NCBI GenBank assembly: GCA_047285805.1
Contig: JBJBCN010000002.1
Location: 352,001-416,000 of the forward strand
DNA length: 64,000 bases
Direction: 5' to 3'
DNA from: Synechococcus sp.
GTDB lineage: Bacteria; Cyanobacteriota; Cyanobacteriia; PCC-6307; Cyanobiaceae
Numbering within the stretch: position 1 is the stretch's first letter; each line of letters opens with the position of its first letter. The notes beneath the pieces are model-generated. The model ran no database searches and was not told where the DNA came from. It saw nothing but the letters and a program-made list of their open reading frames with translations. This document shows positions 39,307 through 49,943 of the stretch, piece by piece. A program made the position numbers and the translations under genes.

Positions 39307-39846
39307 ATGGATCTCGAAGCCAGCATGCGCAAGTCGGTGGATTCCACCCAGCGCACCTTCAACACGATTCGCACAGGCCGAGCGAATTCCTCGCTTCTCG
39401 ACAAGATCCAGGTGGAGTACTACGGCGCCGATACGCCCCTGAAGTCCCTGGCCACGATCAGCACCCCGGACTCCACCACGATTCAGCTCCAGCCTTTCGA
39501 CATGAGCTCCTTGGCTCTGATCGAAAAGGCGATCGCTATGAGTGATCTGGGCTTGACCTGCAACAACGACGGCAAGCTGATTCGCATCAACATTCCGCCA
39601 CTCACCGAGGACCGCCGAAAGGACCTCTGCAAGTTGGCGTCGAAGTATGCCGAGGAGGGCAAGGTTGCCCTACGCAACATTCGCCGCGATGCCATCGACA
39701 AGGTGAAAAAGCAGGAGAAGGAAGGCGATTTCTCCGAGGACCAGAGCCGCGATGAGCAGGACAAGGTTCAGAAGCTCACCGACAAATTCATTGCGGAGAT
39801 TGAGAAGCTTCTGGCGGAGAAGGAAGCGGACATCCTCAAGGTGTGA
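39307..39846 (+). CDS. frr: Ribosome recycling factor
   Basis: [22 protein letters not shown]. Confidence 0.97.
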   Translation: MDLEASMRKSVDSTQRTFNTIRTGRANSSLLDKIQVEYYGADTPLKSLATISTPDSTTIQLQPFDMSSLALIEKAIAMSDLGLTCNNDGKLIRINIPPLTEDRRKDLCKLASKYAEEGKVALRNIRRDAIDKVKKQEKEGDFSEDQSRDEQDKVQKLTDKFIAEIEKLLAEKEADILKV

Positions 39847-40991
39847 GCCAAGCCCACTGTTTTGATGTTGCCGTCGTCGGTGCCGGTGCGGCGGGTGCAG
39901 CGGCGGCTTATCACCTAGCGGCTCGTGGCCGCCGAGTGCTGCTCCTGGAGTCCCAGGCGTTGCCCCGCCCGAAACCCTGCGGCGGCGGCATGGCAGCGTC
40001 GGTGCAGCGCTGGTTCCCCTTTGATCTGCAGCCGACCGTCGATCGGGTGATCACCCAGGTCAAGTTCACCTGGTGCCTGGAGGATCCAGTGGTGGCAGTG
40101 CTGCCGGGAGATTCCCCGTTCTGGATTGTTCAGCGCTCCAAGCTCGACCACTATCTCGTCCAGCAGGCCGTGGTAGAGGGCGCCGAGCTGCTTGATGACT
40201 CAGAAGTGTCGACGATTCAGCGGGATGGCGACCAGTGGTCTCTCAATGCTGGAGGGCACAGCTACCGGGCGCGAGCCGTCGTGATCGCCGATGGCTCCAA
40301 TTCGCTTTTCGCTGGGCCCATGGGCCTTGGCCCGAGCCAGCCTCGCTTTGCCGAGGCGTTGGCCGCGGAGGTGGATGCTGATGTCCTCGAGGGGGACACG
40401 GCACGCTTTGAGTTTGGTCTGGTGCGCCATGGGTTCTGCTGGGCCTTCCCTCGACAGGGCGGGTACAGCATTGGTGTTGGCACCTTCATTGGCCGCGATG
40501 CGGCTGATGCGGATGCGGTCTTGGCTGAACTGTTGCCGTCATTGGGACTGCCCCCGGATGCTGGGCTGCGGCGACGCTCCCCGCTGCGGGTCTGGGATGG
40601 TCATCACCCGTTGCATGTCCCCGGGGCGGTCGCGGTTGGTGATGCGGCCTCCCTGTGTGACCCCTTCCTGGCGGAAGGGTTGCGCCCGGCCCTGATGAGT
40701 GGGGTCCGCGCCGCAGAGGCGGTCGACCGTTTCTTGGGGTGCTCCGCGCCAGATGAGGCACTGCAGGCCTTGGCCCAGTACAGCGCTGACATGCGCCAGC
40801 AGTGGGGAGACTCCATGGCCTGGGGCCGACGTATCGCCCAGGTCTTCTATAGGGTTCCCAAGGTTGGCTATCAGTTGGGAATCAAGCGCCCCACCGCACC
40901 ACAACGGATCGCTCAGATCCTCTCCGGTGAGATGGGCTATGGCGACATCGCCCAGCGCGTCATTAAACGCTTGCTGTTCAAGCGGGGCTGA
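39843..40991 (+). CDS. Geranylgeranyl reductase family FAD oxidoreductase
   Basis: [21 protein letters not shown]. Confidence 0.88.
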   Translation: MSQAHCFDVAVVGAGAAGAAAAYHLAARGRRVLLLESQALPRPKPCGGGMAASVQRWFPFDLQPTVDRVITQVKFTWCLEDPVVAVLPGDSPFWIVQRSKLDHYLVQQAVVEGAELLDDSEVSTIQRDGDQWSLNAGGHSYRARAVVIADGSNSLFAGPMGLGPSQPRFAEALAAEVDADVLEGDTARFEFGLVRHGFCWAFPRQGGYSIGVGTFIGRDAADADAVLAELLPSLGLPPDAGLRRRSPLRVWDGHHPLHVPGAVAVGDAASLCDPFLAEGLRPALMSGVRAAEAVDRFLGCSAPDEALQALAQYSADMRQQWGDSMAWGRRIAQVFYRVPKVGYQLGIKRPTAPQRIAQILSGEMGYGDIAQRVIKRLLFKRG

Positions 40992-40995
40992 GTCC

Positions 40996-41376
40996 CTAGC
41001 CGACCTTCGTGCAGTCCTTGAGTTGGCGGAGGCGTTGATCGATGGAGCCGAGCAGCTCGATGGCAAACATCGGCGACTCCTGGACCGCGAAGAGGAATTT
41101 CTCGCGATTCATCTTCAGCAGTTTGCAGTCGCTGACCGCTTTGGCGTTGCCATAGCGGCGATGCTCCGCCGTGACCAATGCGCCGGCCCCAAAGACGTCT
41201 CCGGCCTGGATCACCTCATGGCCGACCTCATCGTTCCAGGTGAGTTCGACGGTCCCTTCGAGAACGCCAAACATGCAATCGCCGGTCTCTCCGGACGAGA
41301 AGATCGACCCGCCCGCTGGAGCCTGAATCACCTCGCCCTGGCTCGCCAGGGCGCGCATGGTTTCGAGGGCGTTCAC
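40996..41376 (-). CDS. Stand-alone cyclic nucleotide-binding domain protein
   Basis: IFSSGETGDCMF...GDVFG...R pattern of a cNMP-binding domain. Confidence 0.85.
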   Translation of the reverse strand: MNALETMRALASQGEVIQAPAGGSIFSSGETGDCMFGVLEGTVELTWNDEVGHEVIQAGDVFGAGALVTAEHRRYGNAKAVSDCKLLKMNREKFLFAVQESPMFAIELLGSIDQRLRQLKDCTKVG

Positions 41377-41408
41377 GTAGGGGTACCACGGTGATGCTGG
41401 ACTTTAGT

Positions 41409-42578
41409 TCAGGTGTTAAGAGCAAGTGCCGCCCCGAGGCCGCCACGGATGTCGTTAGGCAAGAGGCGCCCATCGTGGTCGGTATCCAGGGCGTCAAAGA
41501 CGGCATCGCTCCCCAACCACTCTTCGCGGGTGATGCAGCCATCGCCATCAAGGTCGTTTAGCAGGAAGATTTCCTGGGCGGCATGTTGGAAGGCGCCTGC
41601 GCCCTCCAGTTCTCCGAGGCGGTGAGCGAGCTGGGCTTCGAGGGTTTCGATGGCTTTGGTGAAGCCGCGGATGCCTTCATCCAGCTTTTCGGTAGCCATC
41701 GGATCCTCGGCCATCATCCCCTTGAAGCCCGAAGCATCCAGATGAATCTGTTGCTCGGTTGTCGCCGGGTCGAATGGGTTGAGTTTGCGCTGCAGATCGC
41801 CCTGAGTGTTGCGCAGTTGATCGAGCAGCTTGGGGGAGATGGTCAGTAGATCGCAGCCCGCCAATTCGACGATCTCGTCGATGTTTCGGAAGCTCGCCCC
41901 CATCACCTCGGTTTTGTAGCCGAAGGTCTTGAAGTAGTTGAAGATCTTGGTGACTGACAGGACGCCGGGGTCCTCGTGGCCGGGGTAGCTCTCGCGGCCG
42001 GTGCTCTTTTTGTACCAGTCGAGGATGCGACCGACGAAGGGGGAGATCAAGGTCACCCCGGCTTCAGCGGCAGCGACCGCCTGGGCAAAGCTGAAGAGCA
42101 GGGTCAAGTTGCAGTGAATGCCCTCTTTCTCAAGCACCTCGGCGGCTTTGATGCCTTCCCAGGTAGAGGCGATCTTGATCAGGACCCGATCGCGGCCGAT
42201 GCCGGCTTGGCGATAGAGGCCAATTAGCTTGCGGGCTTTGGTGATCGTGGCTTCGGTGTCAAAGCTCAGGCGGGCATCGACTTCGGTGGAGACGCGGCCA
42301 GGGACGATCTTGAGGATTTCTTTGCCGAAGCTGACGCATATCTCGTCGAGGGCTTCGCGCACCACCTCTTCGGCGGGAGCAGTTGGGCCGCAGACCTCAC
42401 GGGATTCGCGCAAGGAGGTGTCGATCAGGTTCTGGTAGGCCGGAATCTGGGCCGCCGCCAGGATCAACGAGGGGTTGGTGGTGGCGTCCCGGGGGGTGAA
42501 CTGCTGGATCGCATCGATATCTCCAGTGTCGGCGACCACAACGGTCATCGCGGCCAGTTGGTCGAGGAGATTGGCCAT
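41409..42578 (-). CDS. tal: Transaldolase with C-terminal EF-hands
   Basis: [35 protein letters not shown] and DTDHDGRL loops. Confidence 0.96.
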   Translation of the reverse strand: MANLLDQLAAMTVVVADTGDIDAIQQFTPRDATTNPSLILAAAQIPAYQNLIDTSLRESREVCGPTAPAEEVVREALDEICVSFGKEILKIVPGRVSTEVDARLSFDTEATITKARKLIGLYRQAGIGRDRVLIKIASTWEGIKAAEVLEKEGIHCNLTLLFSFAQAVAAAEAGVTLISPFVGRILDWYKKSTGRESYPGHEDPGVLSVTKIFNYFKTFGYKTEVMGASFRNIDEIVELAGCDLLTISPKLLDQLRNTQGDLQRKLNPFDPATTEQQIHLDASGFKGMMAEDPMATEKLDEGIRGFTKAIETLEAQLAHRLGELEGAGAFQHAAQEIFLLNDLDGDGCITREEWLGSDAVFDALDTDHDGRLLPNDIRGGLGAALALNT

Positions 42579-42655
42579 GCCGGGCACCAAAGGTGATTTC
42601 AAGCTAGCGATGCAAAACGGGGACAGAACCCCGTTGTCACCAAGCGGTCATCGAT

Positions 42656-44479
42656 TCAGTTGGATTGTCGTGCTGTCGCGGGCACAGCACGGCTTGGGGG
42701 AATTTTTTCCAGGACCAGCAAGGCTTCGATGATCTGTTTGGCAACCGGGACGGCCACGGTGGAGCCATAGGCGTTCTCTCCTTTCGGCTCGTCAATGACG
42801 ACCAAGACCACGTAGCGAGGTTTGTTGATCGGCAGATGGGCGATGAAGCTCGTGATCTTGGCCCCAGCGACATAAACCCCATTGCGGGCCTTTTGGGCCG
42901 TTCCGGTTTTGCCGCCAATTCGGTGACCGGGGATTTGAACGCCGCGTCCACTGCCTTTCTCCACAACAGTCTCCATCCAATTCAGGATGGTCTGCGCGAT
43001 CTCGGGACGGATCAATTGCACCCCAGAAGCGGGCGGCGCGCTAGCCAGGTCGTCGCCTGAGCGCAGTCCCCGGGTGATGTGTGGACTAACCAGCCTGCCG
43101 CCGTTGGCCAACATGGCGTGCAGCTGTATCAGTTTCAGCGGCGTCAGGTTGAACCCCTGGCCGAACGCTGCCGTCGCTGGTTCGATCGGTTGGGTCTTGA
43201 AGGTTTCGAGGGTTTTCAGCTGGCCCGCAACAGCGCCGGGAAGGTCGGTGTCGGGGGTGTTGTCGATCCCTAGGGTGTGAAGCCAATGCCAGAACCGCGC
43301 GGGCTGGACGCGCCGCATCGCCTCGACCATTCCAACATTGCTGGAAACCTGCAGCACCGTCGGGAAGTCGATGATCCCGTTGGCTTTGCGGTCATGGTTG
43401 TTGATCGGCCAGCCACCAATGGTGAGCTTGCCGGAGTCGTTGACTTTGCCGGAGGGATCAATGGCGTTCTCCTGCAGGGCGATTGCCAGGTTGATCGGTT
43501 TGAACGTTGAGCCGGGCTCGTAGAGGTCTTGGACCGACCATTCCCGAAACAGCCCGGGCTTGAACTTCCAGAACTGGTTGGGGTTGTAGGTCGGTGTGGA
43601 GGCCAGAGCCAGCAGTTCACCGTTTCTGACGTCCATGACCAGAGCAGCTCCGCGCTGGGCTTTCCACTTCTTCACCTGCTTGGCTAAAGCCATCTGGGCC
43701 ACCTGCTGCAGGCGCGCATCCAGGGTGAGTTGAAGCTTGAGGTCATCGCCATAGAGAACCCCCGGCTTAAGCCCGTCGGGAAGAGGGGTGCCATCGGCTC
43801 CGCGCCGGAGACTTCGGGAGGCTTCTTGGCGACGGAGGTCGCGATCACGGCTCTGCTCGAGTCCGGCCTGCGGAATCCGCTCCAGGTTCAGGAAGCCAAC
43901 GACGTTGGCGAAAAGCCCGGCCTGCGGATAGACCCGCTGCGGGTACGCCTCGAGGTCGACACCACTGATGCCGAGTTCACGCACCCGCTGGGCGGTTTCG
44001 GGATCCAGTTCGCTGGCGAGTCTGACGCCCGATTTCCGGCCATCCATCGCCTTGAGCAGCTCCCCCATCGGCTTGGCGAGCACCGGGGAGAGCTTGCGGG
44101 CCACATCCAAGGGGCTCCGCAGGCGTCCGATGTCGTCGCCAGGGAAGGAGAAGTAGCGGGGGTGGGCCCAGACGGTGAGGCGCTCTTCGTCCAGGGCCAC
44201 CAGGCGGCCTTGGCGATCGACGATGGTTCGGCGCCGACCCAGGGGTGTGATCGTCTGGGTTTGGATCGCCCGAGCTCGGTTCAGCAGCTCGTTGCCTTGA
44301 ATCACCTGGACCCAAGCCAGGCGGAGAGCTAGACCACTCAACCCGGCCGCCAAGAGGCCATAGACGATCCAGAGCCGCCGCGGCGGGACCGGCTGGAAGT
44401 CCACAACCTGGTTGCGCCTGGGCCGGCGACCTTCCCGTGGAGCAGAGGCTCGGCGGCCTTGCAGCCCCTTGGATCCCAT
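42656..44479 (-). CDS. ftsI: Class B penicillin-binding protein (FtsI/PBP3)
   Basis: EPGSTFK (SxxK), SSN, KTGT. Confidence 0.9.
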   Translation of the reverse strand: MGSKGLQGRRASAPREGRRPRRNQVVDFQPVPPRRLWIVYGLLAAGLSGLALRLAWVQVIQGNELLNRARAIQTQTITPLGRRRTIVDRQGRLVALDEERLTVWAHPRYFSFPGDDIGRLRSPLDVARKLSPVLAKPMGELLKAMDGRKSGVRLASELDPETAQRVRELGISGVDLEAYPQRVYPQAGLFANVVGFLNLERIPQAGLEQSRDRDLRRQEASRSLRRGADGTPLPDGLKPGVLYGDDLKLQLTLDARLQQVAQMALAKQVKKWKAQRGAALVMDVRNGELLALASTPTYNPNQFWKFKPGLFREWSVQDLYEPGSTFKPINLAIALQENAIDPSGKVNDSGKLTIGGWPINNHDRKANGIIDFPTVLQVSSNVGMVEAMRRVQPARFWHWLHTLGIDNTPDTDLPGAVAGQLKTLETFKTQPIEPATAAFGQGFNLTPLKLIQLHAMLANGGRLVSPHITRGLRSGDDLASAPPASGVQLIRPEIAQTILNWMETVVEKGSGRGVQIPGHRIGGKTGTAQKARNGVYVAGAKITSFIAHLPINKPRYVVLVVIDEPKGENAYGSTVAVPVAKQIIEALLVLEKIPPSRAVPATARQSN

Positions 44480-44925
44480 CAGTAGCCCGGGAGGATTTGG
44501 CCGGGGTTGACCTGGGCGAGTAAGGCCTCAAAACTCGGGCCGGTTCTGGCAGCCGGGGACGCAACGTAGACCAGTTTTTCGCTGCTCGTGGGCTCCAGCA
44601 GGCTGGGTTTGCGGGTCATTGAGAGGTGGTGCTGCTCGAGCACCGCCGCCGACTCCTGCAGGCGGTGCTCGAGGCGCTGGGTGGCTTCGAGGGATTGGAA
44701 ACTGCTGGTCCAGCGGCCTTGCCAGTGCAGGGTAAGCGCGCTGAGCCCAACCACGGCGACCCCAAGACCCACGAGGCTTCCGTCGGCAATGCGATGGAGA
44801 TTTCCCAGCCAAGGGGCTTGACGATCGAGCTTGCGGGCGAGCAGGGAGCCCTGGATCAGCTCGAGGGACCTCCTGGAGCGGTTGCTCTTCGCTCGATTGC
44901 TCTGTTGGAGCGGAACGGCAACCAC
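44479..44925 (-). CDS. Hypothetical single-pass membrane protein upstream of ftsI (possibly FtsL-like)
   Basis: One TM segment plus a short coiled coil; coupled to the ftsI start. Confidence 0.6.
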   Translation of the reverse strand: MVAVPLQQSNRAKSNRSRRSLELIQGSLLARKLDRQAPWLGNLHRIADGSLVGLGVAVVGLSALTLHWQGRWTSSFQSLEATQRLEHRLQESAAVLEQHHLSMTRKPSLLEPTSSEKLVYVASPAARTGPSFEALLAQVNPGQILPGY

Positions 44926-44984
44926 AACTACCTGCGAGGTCTTCGCAAGTCAACCACGCGAGAGCGCTTCCAGCAATGGGGTTT

Positions 44985-46382
44985 TCACCAACCCAGTACA
45001 ACCAGATTGAAGAACGTCAGGCTGTTCCAGAGGGCGTGCATCAAGACGCAGCTGCCAAGTCGTCCCCTCTGCCACCGCAACCAGCCCAATCCGAGCCCCA
45101 GCACCATCAAGGGAGGGAATTCGCCGAGGCTGGAATGGGCCACCGCAAAGACTGCGGCGCTGGCCACTATTCCCCAAGACGATCCCCAATAACGCGCGGC
45201 CACCGGCAGGAGCACGCCACGAAAGATCGTCTCCTCAAAGAGGGGCGCCATCACGATCGCCGTCACGCCAAAGCAGGCCAGGGCTGGGACGTTGTGGCCA
45301 TTCAGTACGAGCTCCAGCAGCGGATTGCTGCCGCCTGGATCGCCAAAGAGCTTTCCCTGCAGCCAGCCGACAAGGCTCACCAAGGGCAGCACCATCAAGA
45401 ACCCCTTCATGGCTTGGCCGAAGCAGAGTTGGGGTGGTGACCAACGAAATTGCAGCCATCCCCCCTGTGGGCCTGGACCCAACGACTTGAGCAGGAGCCG
45501 CAGGATCACGAGCGGACCGGCCATCAAGGCGCCATAGAGCGCGACCACGCTGATGCCCTGTTTGAGCACCGCATCGATCGGCAAGTCCTGCAGCAGGCGG
45601 GTCAGCAGCGGTACCACCAGGAGTGGGGTCAGCAATTCACCGACCACGACAAAGCCGCCGGCCACCAGGAGGACGGTGTCGAGTCCCGAGAGATTGGGGC
45701 CCTGCCAGGGAGCGGCTTTAGGGGCCTTGCCACCCCAGCGCCGCCACAGCTCCCACAGCAGCAGGGCGATGCCTGCGATGAGTCCGACTCCAGGCAGGAG
45801 CGTGACGCAGAGCAGTTGAGCGCTGGCCCGCCGTGCCACCGCCTCACCATTGCAGCCTCCCTCCCCCAGAAGGGCCTCGCAGCTCCATTGCTGCAGCAGT
45901 GTTGATCCTTTGAGTTGGGCCAGCAATGCTTCTCGCTCGCTCCGGTTGGTCTGACTCGGCGCCAGCAGGGCGGCGGCAATGACTGAGATGTCCTCGGTTC
46001 CAGCGCTGAGGCGCTCTAGGACGCCCCTGGCCTGATCGGCCTGCCCGGTGCGCTCCAGCAGCAATGCCTGCTCAAGCAAGAGCTCAGGGGAGGGCGTCCG
46101 TCCGTCTTCCTCGCTGCTTTTGATCGCGCTCTGCAGGCTCTCCTGGAGGGTCGGCAGTGGATCGCCGGAGCTCAGGAGCGGGCGGATTGGATCACTCAGG
46201 TTGCCTTGGGCGAGCACCGTCAACTCGAGTTGCCGCCGACTGAGGTCATCGCCAACGGAGGGGCGCTGCAAGCTGCTGACCAGCCCGTTCAGCCAGAGCA
46301 GAAGGCTTAAGGCCAGGCTGATGAGGGCGAGGGCTGATTTCCAGCTGGGGGTCTGATTGTTGGACTCGTGTTCCGCGCTCAC
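44985..46382 (-). CDS. CPBP (CAAX protease/Abi) family intramembrane metalloprotease
   Basis: APLFEETIFRG, FAVAH, HALWN. Confidence 0.9.
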   Translation of the reverse strand: MSAEHESNNQTPSWKSALALISLALSLLLWLNGLVSSLQRPSVGDDLSRRQLELTVLAQGNLSDPIRPLLSSGDPLPTLQESLQSAIKSSEEDGRTPSPELLLEQALLLERTGQADQARGVLERLSAGTEDISVIAAALLAPSQTNRSEREALLAQLKGSTLLQQWSCEALLGEGGCNGEAVARRASAQLLCVTLLPGVGLIAGIALLLWELWRRWGGKAPKAAPWQGPNLSGLDTVLLVAGGFVVVGELLTPLLVVPLLTRLLQDLPIDAVLKQGISVVALYGALMAGPLVILRLLLKSLGPGPQGGWLQFRWSPPQLCFGQAMKGFLMVLPLVSLVGWLQGKLFGDPGGSNPLLELVLNGHNVPALACFGVTAIVMAPLFEETIFRGVLLPVAARYWGSSWGIVASAAVFAVAHSSLGEFPPLMVLGLGLGWLRWQRGRLGSCVLMHALWNSLTFFNLVVLGW

Positions 46383-46478
46383 CCCACTGCCCCGTGGTTC
46401 GTGTTGGAGGCATTCTGTCGGCTCGGGCAGAAGCAAAAGACCACTCCAATACGATGCTTTTCCGTTAAGGAAGTGCCC

Positions 46479-47843
46479 GTGTCCCTCCGGATCCTGCTGG
46501 TTCGCCACGGCCTGAGCAGCTTTAACCTCGAGCACCGCATCCAGGGCCGCGATGACCTTTCCAGCCTCACCGAGGCTGGCTCGAAACAGGCTTTGGCCAC
46601 CGGTGAATCCCTGCGGGGTTTGACGATTGATGCGGCCTACAGCTCCCCGCTTCGGCGGGCCCACGACACCGCCCGGGCACTGTTGGCCGCCCAGGGCTCG
46701 AGCGTCGAGCTGCAGCTCAGTGATGACCTGCTGGAAGTGGACCTGGCGCCCTGGAGCGGTCTGCTGAGCACGGAGGTTCAAGCCCAATTTCCAGGGGATT
46801 ACGCCACCTGGAAGCAGCAGCCTGAGCAGCTCCAGTTGAAGCGTGCCGATGGTTCGTCCTATGCGCCGATCACTGAATTGATTGAGCAGGCCCAACGCTT
46901 CCTGGATCGTTTGCTAGCGGCCCATGACCCCGCCGCCGGAGCGGACCAGACCTTGCTCGTGGTTGGGCACAACGCCATCCTGCGCTGCTTGGTGCTCGCC
47001 TTGTTGGGGCTGGATGCCTCTGGCTTCCGTCGTTTGCGGTTGGAGAACGCTTCGCTTTCGGTCTTCAACGTCAGTCCGGCCCCCTCCGGCTCCGTCGCGA
47101 AGCCCTGGGCCGTGCAAATTGAATCCCTGAACGGCACCACCCACCTGCAGCCCGAGGTGTGCGGCAGCAGTCTGCCGAGCAAAGTACATGGCCCCCGTTT
47201 GCTGTTGGTGCGCCATGGTGAGACCGACTGGAACCGCCAGGGCCGCTTCCAAGGCCAAATTGATATTCCCTTGAACGAGAATGGCCGCGCCCAGGCCGCG
47301 GCGGCGGGTGAGTTCCTGCGCAAACTCAGTTTTGATAGGGCCTATTCCAGCTCTATGTCACGGCCCCGCCAGACGGCGGAGGGGATCTTGAAGCACCATC
47401 CCGGCGTGCCCCTCACCAGCGTCTCAGACCTCGTTGAAATTGGTCACGGCGAATGGGAAGGTCGCCTCGAGGACGAGATCTCGGACACTTGGGCGGATCT
47501 ATTGGCTGACTGGAAACGGGCACCGGAAACGGTGCAGATGCCACAGGGGGAGACCATTCAGGATGTCTGGCAGCGCTCCCTTCGGGGCTGGAACACCATC
47601 GCGGCCAACTTGGCCGCTGAGGAGACGGCCTTGGTTGTCGCCCACGATGCTGTCAACAAGACCATCCTCTGTGCCTTGCTCGGTTTGACCCCGGCGGATA
47701 TCTGGGCGGTCAAGCAGGGTAACGGTGGTGTCACCGTGATCGACTACCCCAATGGAGCCGATCAAGCTCCCGTGGTGGTTTGTTTGAACCAGACGGCGCA
47801 TCTTGGAGGAGTGATCGACCGCACCGCAGCCGGTGCTCTCTGA
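46479..47843 (+). CDS. Histidine phosphatase family protein, two domains
   Basis: Two LVRHG motifs. Confidence 0.92.
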   Translation: MSLRILLVRHGLSSFNLEHRIQGRDDLSSLTEAGSKQALATGESLRGLTIDAAYSSPLRRAHDTARALLAAQGSSVELQLSDDLLEVDLAPWSGLLSTEVQAQFPGDYATWKQQPEQLQLKRADGSSYAPITELIEQAQRFLDRLLAAHDPAAGADQTLLVVGHNAILRCLVLALLGLDASGFRRLRLENASLSVFNVSPAPSGSVAKPWAVQIESLNGTTHLQPEVCGSSLPSKVHGPRLLLVRHGETDWNRQGRFQGQIDIPLNENGRAQAAAAGEFLRKLSFDRAYSSSMSRPRQTAEGILKHHPGVPLTSVSDLVEIGHGEWEGRLEDEISDTWADLLADWKRAPETVQMPQGETIQDVWQRSLRGWNTIAANLAAEETALVVAHDAVNKTILCALLGLTPADIWAVKQGNGGVTVIDYPNGADQAPVVVCLNQTAHLGGVIDRTAAGAL

Positions 47844-47867
47844 TCGTCTGAGCCCCCAGCGTTAACG

Positions 47868-49151
47868 ATGTCCATGTTTCTCCCCCAAGCCCTGGTGTTG
47901 CGCCAGGTTCAGCTTTTGGAGGGACCGGGTCAGGCGCCACGCCGCACCGACGTCCGCCTGGACGACGGCCGGATCAGTGCTTGGGGTGAGGGTTGTCTCG
48001 ACGCCTCTATCCCGCAGATCGAGGCTGCAGGGCTGCTCCTGGCTCCCCCACTTGTGGATCCCCATTCATGTTTGGAGGATCCACAAGTGGGGGTGGCCGA
48101 GACCCGGGCGTCTCTTGAGCGCTCCGCTATTGCAGCGGGGTATGGAACCGTCGCCCTTCTTCCGGACGCCACCCCTTGGCGCGACAATCCCGAGTGGCTC
48201 CAGGCCCTGCGCGCCGCTCCCACTGGGGGACTGCAGTTGTTGCTCTGGGGCAGCTTCAGCTTGGCGGGCGCCGGGCTTGAGCTGGCTCCCCATGGCGATC
48301 AACTCGCGAGCGGTGCCTTTGGCCTCGCCGATGGCTCCCAGAGACCATCGCTTCCCCTGCTGGAGCGTGGCCTGAGCCTGGCGGAAATGGATCAGGCTCC
48401 TGTGCTCTTGGCCCCAAGAGATCGGAGCTTGGCCCAGGAGGGTTTCGTTCGGGAGGGGGTGGAGGCGCTGCGGGCCGGATGGCCCATGGATCCCTATACG
48501 AGCGAAACACTTCCCCTCCGCAGCCTCCTGGATTTGGCGGCGCGTTATCCCTCGGTTCGTCTGCAACTGATGAACCTCTCCACCGCGGACTCCGTTGCAC
48601 TCCTTGGCACCCTGCCTGTGGATCAGCGCCCTCCCGCCACGGTGTGCTGGTGGCATCTCTTGGCGGATTCCGCCAGTTTGGATCCGATTGCGGAAGGTTG
48701 GAGGGTGGAGCCGCCCCTGGGATCCGCCCAGGACCGCCTGCGGCTCAAGCAAGGACTACGGGATGGATTGATCGCGGCGGTGGCCGTTCACCATCAAGCC
48801 CTGGATCCAGAGGAGCAACTCTTGCCTGTCGATCAGCGCCGTCCTGGGGTGGCGGGCCATCGCTTTGTCCTGCCTGCGCTCTGGCAGGAACTCGTCGAAG
48901 GGGATGGCTGGAGTCCCGATCAGCTTTGGCAGGTGCTTTGTTTTGGCCCCGCTGCCCTGCTGGGTCTTGAACCCCCAACGCTCCAACGAGGCAGCGATCG
49001 CTGGGTGCTGTTTGATCCCTTGCAGGCCTGGACGGCCCAGGATGATCCCTATGCCCCGATGGCCGCCAATCAGCCACTTGGCCGATCCACCCTGAATGGT
49101 CAGGTGGTCGCCACGGGGCTCAACCCCCTGCTTTGGCGCCGGAAGTCTTGA
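47868..49151 (+). CDS. Dihydroorotase-like protein
   Basis: LVDPHS...AAGYGTV..LP amidohydrolase fold; metal ligands are partly degenerate. Confidence 0.8.
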   Translation: MSMFLPQALVLRQVQLLEGPGQAPRRTDVRLDDGRISAWGEGCLDASIPQIEAAGLLLAPPLVDPHSCLEDPQVGVAETRASLERSAIAAGYGTVALLPDATPWRDNPEWLQALRAAPTGGLQLLLWGSFSLAGAGLELAPHGDQLASGAFGLADGSQRPSLPLLERGLSLAEMDQAPVLLAPRDRSLAQEGFVREGVEALRAGWPMDPYTSETLPLRSLLDLAARYPSVRLQLMNLSTADSVALLGTLPVDQRPPATVCWWHLLADSASLDPIAEGWRVEPPLGSAQDRLRLKQGLRDGLIAAVAVHHQALDPEEQLLPVDQRRPGVAGHRFVLPALWQELVEGDGWSPDQLWQVLCFGPAALLGLEPPTLQRGSDRWVLFDPLQAWTAQDDPYAPMAANQPLGRSTLNGQVVATGLNPLLWRRKS

Positions 49152-49881
49152 GCGGATCGCTGATGGTCAGAGCCCCTGAGGTGGACAAGGGCCAGAAGCG
49201 CCAGAAGGCCCGGCCAATGATCTCCTTCTCGGGTAGGAAGGCCCCGCCCGGCCAGAAGCGACCATCCCAGCTATTGGCCCGGTTGTCGCCCAGGACCAGG
49301 ACATGGTCGGGGGGCACCACGGCGTTGAGCGTGCGGCACTGCCCCATGCCCAGCGCATCAACAGGGCAGTAGCGCTGAACGTAGGGCTCCTTGAGCCAGG
49401 TGCCGTTGATTTTGACCTCGCCGCGGGGATTGACCACAACCCGATCGCCGGCGACGGCGACGACCCGTTTGATGTAGGCGTCACAGGCTGGGTCGGCGAC
49501 ACCGGGGATACTGTTGACGATCGGCAGGTGGGCGAGGACACAACCCAGGGGGCCGACCATTCGATCGGCGCTTAGGACCGGATCGAAATGGTGCGGGGCA
49601 TGGAAGATCACAATCTCGCCCCGTTGCGGCGCGCGGCTGCGCAGGGAGAGTTTCTCCACCAGCAAGCGATCCTGAAGCTGCAGCCCAGGAAGCATCGAAC
49701 CAGAGGGGATGTAGCGCGCCTCCAGGACGTAATGGCGTACCCCTAGGGCGACGCCCAGGGTGATCAGAACCCCTCGCCAGAACACCCAGGGGCTTTCTTG
49801 GGGTGGTTGTTGTCCGCCGCCTTCCGGTTCTGAGCCCCCGGTCTTTCCGCTTGAAGCTTGTGTTGGATCGTGCGAAGACAA
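49120..49881 (-). CDS. lepB: Signal peptidase I
   Basis: IPSGSM, YIKRV, GDNRANSWDGR. Confidence 0.95.
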   Translation of the reverse strand: MSSHDPTQASSGKTGGSEPEGGGQQPPQESPWVFWRGVLITLGVALGVRHYVLEARYIPSGSMLPGLQLQDRLLVEKLSLRSRAPQRGEIVIFHAPHHFDPVLSADRMVGPLGCVLAHLPIVNSIPGVADPACDAYIKRVVAVAGDRVVVNPRGEVKINGTWLKEPYVQRYCPVDALGMGQCRTLNAVVPPDHVLVLGDNRANSWDGRFWPGGAFLPEKEIIGRAFWRFWPLSTSGALTISDPLKTSGAKAGG

Positions 49882-49943
49882 GGACGGGGCTGCCAGCTGG
49901 GGGTTCGGCTAGGGAAGATTAGGCCGGTCACCTCGCTTCATCG

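Noticed and set aside
41409..42578. EF-hand tail on transaldolase (and CAB tail on HemH)
   Set aside because: Both are established features of the cyanobacterial enzymes.
44985..46895. 636-aa CPBP ORF and other long antisense ORFs (e.g. 9221-10480, 54870-56093, 57218-58210)
   Set aside because: These are shadow frames of real high-GC genes on the opposite strand and show no recognisable motifs.
5627..49001. Scattered GCGATCGC (HIP1) octamers
   Set aside because: Only a handful were seen, too few to claim HIP1-type over-representation without a proper count.
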